Source: Isosphaeraceae bacterium (GTDB taxonomy: Bacteria > Planctomycetota > Planctomycetia > Isosphaerales > Isosphaeraceae). Taken from it: a DNA stretch of 64,000 nucleotides. The stretch's first letter is position 1; each line of letters begins with the position of its first letter. The notes under the pieces were generated by a model, which did not search any database, was not told the DNA's origin, and saw only the letters and a list, made by a program, of their open reading frames with translations. Of the stretch, positions 48,779 to 57,748 are shown piece by piece. Both the position numbers and the translations under genes were made by a program. The stretch is from NCBI GenBank assembly GCA_965201075.1, contig CBDAVP010000016.1, positions 310,001 to 374,000 on the forward strand. Direction: 5' to 3'.

Positions 48779-51700
48779 TCAGGTCGGCGGCCGCGGCTCA
48801 ACAGCCAGCGCCCGGCCGGCGTCGGGGAAGAGCCGGGGGGTGCCTTCCCAGCACGACGCGTTGAGCAAAGCGGCGACGGCTGGGTCCGCCGCCACGGTGT
48901 CGCTCAAAATCACCTCGCCCCCTTTCGCCGACCCCAACAGGAGCCCAGCCCTCGCGAGGGTCGCGCCGAAATAGTCGAGCCGGTCGTCCAGCGTGGCCGC
49001 CAGCGCCGCGCCCTGGTGGACGACGACCTTGGGGGCGAGCGAGGGACCGCCCGGTCTTCCCCCCGACTCCGCCACCAGGGCCAAAGCGGTCCGGGTGGCG
49101 TCGACCGGGTCGGCGAAGGCGGCGAGGAGGCCGTCGCCCAGGGTCTTCACCGAGGTCCCACCCCCCCGCCGAACCGCGTCCCCCTGTCGACGGAGTTGGT
49201 CGTGGATCAGGCCGAAAGCGCGGGCGTCTCCCAGCCTCTCGTAAAGGCCGGCGGGGTCGTCCAGCCCGGTCAGCAGGACCGTAACGTGGGTGACCTTCAC
49301 CATTTGCCCCGGAGACAGAACCTCGGCCGGAAACAGGGCGCGGAAGATGGCCAGGGATGAGGCCCTCGCGGCGGTCAGGGCGTCGAACCGCGCCGCGACC
49401 CGCTCGACTCGCAGCACGACCTCGCCGTCCCGGCCATTGGTGAAGGTCAGGCGTTGGGCGCCGGCTCGTAGGACTTTCGGGGTCGTCGGTGAGGGACCGA
49501 TGTCGAGGGCCAGCTCCAGCAGGCCGGGCGTGGCTGTGGGCTCGACGCGAAATTCGAAAGTATAGGGTAACTGGGGGGCGCGGACCCGGTACGACCCGGG
49601 AGCCAACGCCAGGTCGAGTTCAACCCGCTCTCCGGGGGCCGCCCGGACCTGCGCCGCGACGTGAGGGAAGTGCGCCGGCCCGCCAATACAGTAAATCCCC
49701 GCGTCGGCCCCCCTCACTCGGGGGTCCGCCCGAAAAATTAACTCAACGGATTCGGCGAAATCGAGCTCGAAGTCCAGTTGGCAGACTTCGCAACGCCCAT
49801 GACGATCAGGCAGATTGCGGAGGGAGGGCAGGGTCTGCGAGGGCAGCCGGCAGGCGGGGCAGATCAGTTCCCAGGACAGCACGAGCAGCCCTTCCCCCGC
49901 GGCGAGCATGCAGGCGGCCACGACCGCTTCCGGGTCGGCTTCCCAGCGGTGGGCTATCGCCAGCGGGCGAATGCGGGCCACCTCCTGCGGAGAGCCTTCC
50001 GCCAGGAACTCCCCGAGGCGATCCACCAGGACGGGGGACACATCTCGCGCTTTCAACCCTTCCAGTCCGGCCTGAAGCCGATGACGACGGAGCCCCGCCG
50101 GGCTCGCCGCCGCCTCGAACGGGTCGCACTCATTCCCAACATGGCCGTGGTCGGTCACGCCCGGGACGACCGAGCCGCGGACCGAACGGTCGATCCGCCG
50201 ATAGACCCGGTCCAGGGCCATGCGTCCGCGGATGCCGACCTCCAGGTGCATGACCGCCCGGCCGAGAAGCCCCCGGGGCGAGAGCCGGACGTGGTGCAGC
50301 AGGGTCGTGCCACCATCGGCGCGGGGCGTCAGTTCGACGACGCTCGCCAGCCAGCGGACGGGCCCCTGTTGATACTCTCGAAGCACCCCCATCCGCCGCC
50401 CCTCGACCCATTCAAACGGGTGCTCCTCCCAGGTCGCCCGGAGGCCGAGTTTGCGGAACGTCCCGACCTGTCGGGCTCCTCTTGGCCCTCCCGGCTGGGT
50501 CGTGAAGGTCACCGCGGGCAGGCCCACGGCGCGGTTGAGCCGTTCGGTGTCCGAGACCAGAGGCCAGAGATCCCGGGCCGAGGCGTCGAGTTCCCAGGTG
50601 AAGCGGTACTCCATCACCTCGGACTCGGGGGATTCGGGCAACCTCGGGTGGTCGGCCGCCCGGATCGGGACACCCCTGAGCAGGGCTTCAATGTCCCAAA
50701 GAAGCGCCGAGGCGTCCGGGTAACGCGCGCCGGCGGCCTTGGCCAAAGCCGTCTCGACGATGTGGACCGCCCCGTCGCTGATCCCGGGGACCAGCGACCG
50801 CAACGGGGTCGGATCCTCATCGCGGTGCTTCACCAGCAGGGCGAAGAAATCACCCGCCTGGAAGGGCGGCCGGCCCGTCAGCATCTGGTAAAGGGTCGCG
50901 CCCAGGGCGTACACGTCGGCGGGCGGGCCGATCGAGCCGCCGGCCCCCTGCTCCGGTGCCATGTACAACGGGGTTCCCAGCACACCCCCGGGGAGAGTCA
51001 GCGATTCGGTCTCGAAGATCCGCCGAGCGATGCCGAAGTCCGAGAGCTTGACCCGGGGAGCTTCTGGAACCAGGGTCAAATTCGCGGCATTCCCCTCCGG
51101 ACTAGGAAGATGCCCTTCATCGACCTCGAAGGAACACTCTCCGTCCTCGACCACGAATCCCGTATCCTCGGCGGCGGTCGGTCCCATCAGGAGAATGTTG
51201 TCCGGCTTGACGTCCCGGTGGACGATCCCCCGGCCGTGTGCGTCGGCCAGGGCTCGGGCGACGTCGGCGAGGATGGTCAGGGCTTCTCGCTCGGGCAGGG
51301 CCAATCCGCCGGCCAATCGCTTGCCCAGCGAGGTGCCTTTGACGTATTCGAGGACAATGAACGGAACGCCGCCGTCCTCGTTCGCTTCCAGCAGGTTGGT
51401 AATGAATGGGTTGTTAAACTCCGACAGAAGCCGGGCCTCCTTGCGGAAACGCCTCAGAGCCTCGGGACGGCGAGACCACTCGGGGTCCTGGACCTTGATC
51501 GCCACGATCGAGCCGTCGGCAAGGTCCTCCGCCCGGTAGACCTCTCCCATCCCGCCCTTGCCGAGGGATTCGAGGATCCGATAGCGTCCCAACTGCTGGG
51601 GAGCCTGGCGGGGGGTCTCGGACGTCGGCCGCCCCAGTCGTTCCTGCAAGCGAACGCGGCCCCGCCCTTCCCTGGGCGAGCATTCGATGGGAGCGGGGGG

Positions 51701-52486
51701 GACGACGAACTCGCCGCTGGGCATCCCCTCGCCGTCGGGTTCCGCGTCGGGCTGATCGAAGGCCCATCCCGGGTCGGGACACTCCCCGAGGCGGACCAGG
51801 CGGTCACGAATCGCGGCGGCCGTGGGGCGGTCCGCGGGCTCGGCCGCTCGCGTTTCCCGGATGAGCCCGGCGAGCTCCGCCGCGACGTCGCCGCCCGCCG
51901 AGAGTCCGAGACGTGGCTCGACGGCTTCCAGCAGCGTCCCGAGGTCCGACACATCGGCCGAGAAGTCGGGAGCCCGCCCCTCGCCTTGGCTGGTCGACGA
52001 CGGCCGAGACTCAGGGCTTCCTCCCGAACCTTCGTCCGCGACGATTTTCGTGCCGGTGAAGTCGAGTCTCCCGCCCCGGTTGAGTAGCTCTTCCCGAACC
52101 CGCCGGTGGGCCAGCTGCCCGTGGACCAGGCCGAGCCGATGCGCTTCGGCCAAGCCACCCGCCAGGTTGGCGAGGGCCCTGAGCAACCCGGCGGGGTCCA
52201 GGGCGGAATTCCGGGCTTCGGGTTCCCGCCACTCCAGGACGAGGTGCGGAGGGTCGACCTCCAACGCCAAAAGGCGCACCCGAAGCGCCCCGGGATGGTC
52301 GAGGAGGGCGGCCAGACGGAGCCGTTTGACCAGGCTGTCCCAGCGAGACGAATCAGAACGGGCCCCCGTGAGGACCCGAAGCTCGACGAGTTCGTTCTGG
52401 AGGGTCGCTCGGTACGACACCCCATCGATCCCCGCGCCAATCTGGGCGAGTGGGCGGATCGGGCCGAATGGGCTCGTGATCTTCAT
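48779..52486 (-). CDS. Ser/Thr kinase fusion: pseudokinase + kinase + SRPBCC + DUF5939-like + class III cyclase-like
   Basis: GKGGMGEVY, VAIK, HRDVKPDN, DFG, GTPLYMAPE; LWPLVSDTERLNRAVG; CPAC..CEVC; KTLGDG..DYFG. Confidence 0.88.
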   Translation of the reverse strand: MKITSPFGPIRPLAQIGAGIDGVSYRATLQNELVELRVLTGARSDSSRWDSLVKRLRLAALLDHPGALRVRLLALEVDPPHLVLEWREPEARNSALDPAGLLRALANLAGGLAEAHRLGLVHGQLAHRRVREELLNRGGRLDFTGTKIVADEGSGGSPESRPSSTSQGEGRAPDFSADVSDLGTLLEAVEPRLGLSAGGDVAAELAGLIRETRAAEPADRPTAAAIRDRLVRLGECPDPGWAFDQPDAEPDGEGMPSGEFVVPPAPIECSPREGRGRVRLQERLGRPTSETPRQAPQQLGRYRILESLGKGGMGEVYRAEDLADGSIVAIKVQDPEWSRRPEALRRFRKEARLLSEFNNPFITNLLEANEDGGVPFIVLEYVKGTSLGKRLAGGLALPEREALTILADVARALADAHGRGIVHRDVKPDNILLMGPTAAEDTGFVVEDGECSFEVDEGHLPSPEGNAANLTLVPEAPRVKLSDFGIARRIFETESLTLPGGVLGTPLYMAPEQGAGGSIGPPADVYALGATLYQMLTGRPPFQAGDFFALLVKHRDEDPTPLRSLVPGISDGAVHIVETALAKAAGARYPDASALLWDIEALLRGVPIRAADHPRLPESPESEVMEYRFTWELDASARDLWPLVSDTERLNRAVGLPAVTFTTQPGGPRGARQVGTFRKLGLRATWEEHPFEWVEGRRMGVLREYQQGPVRWLASVVELTPRADGGTTLLHHVRLSPRGLLGRAVMHLEVGIRGRMALDRVYRRIDRSVRGSVVPGVTDHGHVGNECDPFEAAASPAGLRRHRLQAGLEGLKARDVSPVLVDRLGEFLAEGSPQEVARIRPLAIAHRWEADPEAVVAACMLAAGEGLLVLSWELICPACRLPSQTLPSLRNLPDRHGRCEVCQLDFELDFAESVELIFRADPRVRGADAGIYCIGGPAHFPHVAAQVRAAPGERVELDLALAPGSYRVRAPQLPYTFEFRVEPTATPGLLELALDIGPSPTTPKVLRAGAQRLTFTNGRDGEVVLRVERVAARFDALTAARASSLAIFRALFPAEVLSPGQMVKVTHVTVLLTGLDDPAGLYERLGDARAFGLIHDQLRRQGDAVRRGGGTSVKTLGDGLLAAFADPVDATRTALALVAESGGRPGGPSLAPKVVVHQGAALAATLDDRLDYFGATLARAGLLLGSAKGGEVILSDTVAADPAVAALLNASCWEGTPRLFPDAGRALAVEPRPPT

Positions 52487-53081
52487 CGTGAGCCGAGGTT
52501 ACCCTTCCAAACCGAACGGGGATCGGCCCGCCCGGGGAGCGTCGTGGTGGGAGTCGCGACGGAAGAATCCGCCGCGGCGAGTTCCTCGATCGCCGCTCTG
52601 CTGAACGACCCCACGCCAGGGAGGGCGTGAAGGTCTTGAGCCGTCGAGGATCTCTCAAAGCATTACAAGCCGCCCCATCCATCCCGTCAATCGAGCGGTG
52701 GAGGGTTGCCTCGAAACTCAGGGATTTCGTCGAATTCCTGGCCTGCCCAGAAACAGTGTTCCCCCTCATTCGTATTGGTTTACGAGATCGAAAACCGAGC
52801 GAGACTGGACGAGACCGTTATTGGGCTCGAACCCTAACACGTTACGACTGGATTCCACGAGACGGGTCGCCGTCTCGATCATCCCGCGGCGCCCCGCTGA
52901 TCTAGCCGGGGCGTCGCGTTGTTCCCAGGGCCCGAGGCGGAACCGCCGCTCAACTCCGGCGCGTACCGAGAGCCATTACTCATTGCCGTGCAATCACGCA
53001 CCCTTGCAATGAGATCGCGAAATTTGGTCCTGTTGGGTTACCACTCGCGGCCTGCACCCCAGGGTCTCAGCGACGTTGCTC

Positions 53082-53273
53082 TCAGGCCGATTGAGCTTTG
53101 GCAACTTGCTCGTGAGGCTTCGACCCTGAGGCATGCGCGCTCACAGCTTGGTTAAGCAACCCCACGACCAGCGCATTGAGCGACTGTCGTTCTTCCTTGG
53201 CCCGTTGAGCCAGAAGTTCGTGGAGGCCAGGAGCCATGCGAACCTGGAAATGCACGACGGTTTCGGGCATCAT
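53082..53273 (-). CDS. Arc/HicB-like ribbon-helix-helix DNA-binding protein
   Basis: AGGAG RBS; FQVRMAPGLHELLAQRAKEERQSLNALV. Confidence 0.8.
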   Translation of the reverse strand: MMPETVVHFQVRMAPGLHELLAQRAKEERQSLNALVVGLLNQAVSAHASGSKPHEQVAKAQSA

Positions 53274-53738
53274 CCGTCTCCTTGGGACGACCATGGGCCG
53301 TCCAGGCATGTGACGGGGGATTGGCCCCCGCATAACACTCCAACCTCGCGTCGCCTGGCTCGATCCCAGGGGCGGTTTCGCCGTGGGCGACGCGAGTTCC
53401 ACTATCTTATCTGGAAGACGCTTCCCCGAGCGCGAAGAATCGAGGGGGATTTCCCCGGTTTTTCGCTCCGTATTTCTTCGGGATCGCTTCGTTCAACCAT
53501 AAAGAGGTTTGTTTCATCACTTATGATGAAAACGCAGGAAATCTTGGTACCATGGATGTCTGAGTGGGTCACTCGCCCGATTCAGTCGATCGTGGATGGA
53601 CGCAAAACGATTCTCGACTCATGGATTGGGTAGAAACTCTGCGTGTTGGGCAAGGGCGTTCAGTATGATAGAATAGCGATGTGGGGGGAACCGAGCCGAT
53701 TAGGCCGACTTTGCTGAAAGAGTTGTCCGGGGGACACG

Positions 53739-54335
53739 ATGAATCGCAACGAGCGTCGCCAACTTCGTCCGAACTTCGACCCGATGGAATCGCGGATCAC
53801 GCCCGTTGGCTTCTTTAGCCGGGCACAGGTTCTCTTCAATGAGGAGATGCGGGATCGCGTCTCCGCCGCGGCAGTGGAACACGCGCAGCGGATTCGCGTG
53901 ATTCCGCCGAGGCCCGAGGTGGGCGCCGTCAGCGGCACCTATCAGCTCAGTTCCAGCACGCTGGACGCCAATACCACCGGGACGGTGACCGGCACCGGAA
54001 CCTTGAGCCCGCACCTGGGGAACGTCACGTTCTCGGGCAAAATCGGGCCGATCGCGACCTCGCGACCTGGCACGATCCAGGGCGTGGTCACCCTGACCAA
54101 CGACCAGGGAAGCCTGACGCTGGTTTTGACGGCGAAGCTGCCTCGGAACGTTTCGGCCCTGGGCAACCTGCGGACCGCTCAGGTCAACGTGGCCGGGGGC
54201 ACCGGAGCGTATGCCAACGCGATCGGCCTGGGGGCTGGGGTGGCCCGCCTGAACTTCAATCCGGTCGAGTCCTCGGACAACACCGGGACGTTTAGCGTCA
54301 CGATTCGCACGCCCAGGATTCGCGGCATCTCCTGA
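53739..54335 (+). CDS. Secreted beta-rich protein with planctomycete extracellular N-motif
   Basis: RRQLRPNFDPMESR (LExR-like); beta-strand/Gly-Thr-rich body. Confidence 0.7.
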   Translation: MNRNERRQLRPNFDPMESRITPVGFFSRAQVLFNEEMRDRVSAAAVEHAQRIRVIPPRPEVGAVSGTYQLSSSTLDANTTGTVTGTGTLSPHLGNVTFSGKIGPIATSRPGTIQGVVTLTNDQGSLTLVLTAKLPRNVSALGNLRTAQVNVAGGTGAYANAIGLGAGVARLNFNPVESSDNTGTFSVTIRTPRIRGIS

Positions 54336-54386
54336 TCGCCAACGCCTTGGGATTTCCTGGGGGGAACGGATGCCCCCCCTTTACTC

Positions 54387-55583
54387 TCAGACCGTCGAGG
54401 CCACCACTTCCTCCTGAGAACGCCGGGAGCTGGGCCTTGGGGCGAGTTTCGCGGGGCTACGCAGGGTGAAGGTCGTGATCTCGGGTGGACATCCATAGCG
54501 AAGAGGATGCTTGCCGGCGACCCCTCGGCTGACGTACATCGTCGAGGTCCTGGACCGGAAAAAACCCATGTCGTACCGACGGCTGTAACGACTGGGCATC
54601 AGCACCGGCCCGATCACCGGCAGCCGGACCTGGCCCCCGTGGTTGTGTCCGGAGAGGACCAGGTCAACATTCAGGGCCGCCAGCCGGGGGAAGCGGTCCG
54701 GCGTGTGGCTGAGGACCAGACTGGCGTCGGCTTCCGGACGATCGTCCGCGCTGAGGTCGGGCCCCCACGGCGCCGAGGTGCCGCCGATGGCGAGCGTCCA
54801 CCCCCTCTCGTCGATTGTTGTCCAGCGACCGTCGACGTCAACGAACCCCGCGGCGGACAGTTCCCCGCGGATGCGCGACTGGTCGTAGTAGATGTCGTGA
54901 TTGCCGAGAATCGCGAAACCGCCGAGCCGGGCGTGAATCCGGCCGAGGACCGGGGCGATCCAGTCGATCGCCGATGGGTCATCAATCAGGTCGCCGGTAA
55001 ACGCGACGAGGTCGGCCTCCTGAGCGGCGGCCATCTCGGCGACGGCTTCGAAGTAGCGAAGACCGTAGCCACGGGCCAGGTGGAGGTCGGTCAGATGCAG
55101 CAGCTTCAAGCCATCGAGGGGAGCGGGCAGGCCCGGCCAGGTCAGGTCCCAGCGCTCGACGGTCAGGCGGAGCGATTGGTTGCCCGGCAGCGCGAGCAAA
55201 CGGGCCCCCACCCCCTGGCCAATCAGGTCTCGGGAGGGTTCCTGCTGGGTGAAGTCCACGGCCAGGGGGCCCGCCGAGGTGATGCCCAGGGGCAGTCGTC
55301 GCAGGGCTCGCTGGGCGAGGGACAGGGGGAAGCCGATCAGGGCCGCCGAAAGGCAAGCGACGGCGTAGCCCTGGACGCCGCGCGGCCAGTTTTGCGGTGG
55401 CATCCCGGACAGGAGGATCACCGCTGCGAGCGTCCCGACGCCCACGACGGCGAGGGCCCCGTAGACGATGAGGTCCATCGAGCGGCACTTCAGACCCACT
55501 CCGTGGATGACGTTGACCGAGGTGACCAGGATGCAAAGATGCCCCAGGAGCAGGGCGGCGAGGAGGAAGCCGGCGGACGCCAT
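54387..55583 (-). CDS. Membrane metallophosphoesterase
   Basis: TDLH, FTGD, LGNHD, LSHTPD, SGHNHGGQ, VSRG. Confidence 0.92.
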   Translation of the reverse strand: MASAGFLLAALLLGHLCILVTSVNVIHGVGLKCRSMDLIVYGALAVVGVGTLAAVILLSGMPPQNWPRGVQGYAVACLSAALIGFPLSLAQRALRRLPLGITSAGPLAVDFTQQEPSRDLIGQGVGARLLALPGNQSLRLTVERWDLTWPGLPAPLDGLKLLHLTDLHLARGYGLRYFEAVAEMAAAQEADLVAFTGDLIDDPSAIDWIAPVLGRIHARLGGFAILGNHDIYYDQSRIRGELSAAGFVDVDGRWTTIDERGWTLAIGGTSAPWGPDLSADDRPEADASLVLSHTPDRFPRLAALNVDLVLSGHNHGGQVRLPVIGPVLMPSRYSRRYDMGFFRSRTSTMYVSRGVAGKHPLRYGCPPEITTFTLRSPAKLAPRPSSRRSQEEVVASTV

Positions 55584-55752
55584 GCGGCGGAACCTCTCGG
55601 GCCAGGGCGGGTGGGGTGGTCGTGAGTCTCACGACCAGTTGTGAAGCGGGTGGGAGCGTCGCCTCCGCCAACGGGTGACGGAGGTCTCCACACTTTACCT
55701 AGCTCACGTCCGTCGGGAAACGCGAGATCGGCGCAAGGGTGGTACCGGTCGC

Positions 55753-57498
55753 TCAGGAACCGTCGCCGGTCGAGGACGAGGTTGGCTCCTCGACCACGGG
55801 GACGGCCGAAGGCGCGGGAGGGCGGGGTCGGAGGGCCAGTTCCACGGCTTCCATGAGGCGGTCGGCGCGGAAGGGTTTGTAGAGGACGGATTGGAGCCCT
55901 TCCTGGCGGGCCTTGACGATCGAATGGCTCGGGTCGTAGCCGAAGCCCGTCATCAAAATCACCGGCACCGTCGGCTGGACGTCTCGGAGGCGACGGTAGG
56001 TTTCGTAGCCGTCGAGGTCGGGCAGGCGGATGTCCACCAACGCGGCGGAATAGGTCGACTGGCGGGCCATCGCGACGGCCTCGTGGGCGTCTCGGGCGGT
56101 CTCGATCGTCGCGCCCTGGCGTCCCAAAAGGTTATGAGCCGCTCGCCGGACCGCCTCGTCGGCGTCGACGACCAGCAAGCGGGCGTCGGCCAGTCGCGGC
56201 GGCGGCTTGGGCGGGGTTTCAGGAGGCTCGGGGACAATCGTCGAGCCGGCCTTCTGGATCAGGCCGCGAATCTCTCGAGCCCGGTACAGGAGGTGTCGGA
56301 GGCGGGCGACGATTTCCTCGTCGTGGCCGGCGTAGCGGTCCAGCACCGTCGTCGCGTCGCTGAGGATGTTGTCCAAAGGCAACGCGAGTTCCCGGCTGAT
56401 CGCCTCGACCGAGGCATTGGCGGTGCTGAGTTTTTCGGCCTGGAGGAGTTCCAGGGTATTCAGGGCCGAAGCGACGTTGCGGGCGTAGATTTCCAGGAAC
56501 TGCTGGTCCCGCCCGTCAAAGGCATTGGGCCGGGCGTTCTCGACGTTGAGGGTGCCGATGACCGTTCCGTGATAGATCAAAGGGACCGTCAGGGAACTGC
56601 GGGCGCCGGCGGCGCCTTCGAGGTAGCGGGGGTCGTTGGCCGTGTCGGGACACAGATAGCTCTGGCCGGTGGCGGCGACGAAGCCGGTGACGCCATTGCC
56701 TTGCTCCCTGGCGAAAAGCTCTCGACCAGCGGCCATCGAGGTCATCCCCTCGGTCAGCAGGGGGACGAGCCGGCCGGTGGGACGGTCGAGGAGGCGGATC
56801 TCGATGAAGTCCAGCCCCAACAGGTCTTTCATGTGACGAGCGATGTTGTACTTCAGGAGGTCGGTTCGCTCCTCGACGCCCATCTCTGAAAGTTCGTCGG
56901 GGGTGAGGTCGGCCAGTTCCTCGCCGGCCTGGTGGATGGCGTTGATCTTCTGCTCTTGCTGGACTTCCAGGGTGATGTCGCGGACCTGGGCGATCAGGTG
57001 GACCGGGGCCGAGGGGGCGTCGAGGACGGGGGTGACACTGACCCGCAAGTAGCGGTTCGAGCCCACTCGCAGGACAGTGCCCGCGGGCTTTCCGCTCCGG
57101 ACGGCGGCGCCGAAGGGGCAGGCTTCGGGTCCGACCACCTCGGGGGCACCGAAGGCCCGGTAGAATCGCTGGCCAATGGGGTCGGCGTCGGGGGAGGCCA
57201 ATCGGCGGAACTCGGGGTTGACCCAGAGGATGTGGAGGTCAGGGTCGACCACGGCCACGCCGTCGGCGATGGAGTCGAGGATTTCGTCGGCCTGGATGAG
57301 CAACCCCGCCCAGCGGACGGCCGAGAGCTGGGCCGCGTCGACGTAGACCCCGCCGAAGGGCTGCTCGCGAAGCAAAGCCAGTCCGCGGGCCATGCTGCGG
57401 GCGATGACGACGTCGAACAACTCGGCGAGGCGCTCGCGGGCCGAGCGGCTCTCGGGCGTCTCTCGCTCGATGACCAGGAGGCGGGGCTTCTCGGCCAA
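55753..57498 (-). CDS. Signalling protein: degenerate REC-PAS-GAF-pseudoHisKA-REC (TTG start inferred)
   Basis: ILDSIADGVAVVD (PAS), GVTGFVAATG..DPRY..SSLTVPL (GAF), LLVVD..ALVDIRLPD..MTG..KPF (REC). Confidence 0.85.
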   Translation of the reverse strand: MAEKPRLLVIERETPESRSARERLAELFDVVIARSMARGLALLREQPFGGVYVDAAQLSAVRWAGLLIQADEILDSIADGVAVVDPDLHILWVNPEFRRLASPDADPIGQRFYRAFGAPEVVGPEACPFGAAVRSGKPAGTVLRVGSNRYLRVSVTPVLDAPSAPVHLIAQVRDITLEVQQEQKINAIHQAGEELADLTPDELSEMGVEERTDLLKYNIARHMKDLLGLDFIEIRLLDRPTGRLVPLLTEGMTSMAAGRELFAREQGNGVTGFVAATGQSYLCPDTANDPRYLEGAAGARSSLTVPLIYHGTVIGTLNVENARPNAFDGRDQQFLEIYARNVASALNTLELLQAEKLSTANASVEAISRELALPLDNILSDATTVLDRYAGHDEEIVARLRHLLYRAREIRGLIQKAGSTIVPEPPETPPKPPPRLADARLLVVDADEAVRRAAHNLLGRQGATIETARDAHEAVAMARQSTYSAALVDIRLPDLDGYETYRRLRDVQPTVPVILMTGFGYDPSHSIVKARQEGLQSVLYKPFRADRLMEAVELALRPRPPAPSAVPVVEEPTSSSTGDGS

Positions 57499-57748
57499 GG
57501 GGCAGACTCCGCCGTCGGGCGAAGCGAAGCGAGCCGGCACCCAACCTCGGGGCCGGAGGAGTTCGTACCAAAACGTACAATGTTAGCCGACACCTCGGCC
57601 CCGGGCAAGCGCCCTGTAACTTGAGGATGTCGCTTGTCGCTTGTCGCTCTGAGTCGCACGGGTCGCTGTCGATTTCGAGGTTTCGGTTTGATCCTCGCCT
57701 CGTTCTCCTGGGGGACCGGGGGACGAAGCCATGGAGGCGGAGTCGCGG

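Noticed and set aside
49778..52087. 769-aa plus-strand ORF
   Set aside because: Antisense shadow of the kinase gene, typical of high-GC3 DNA.
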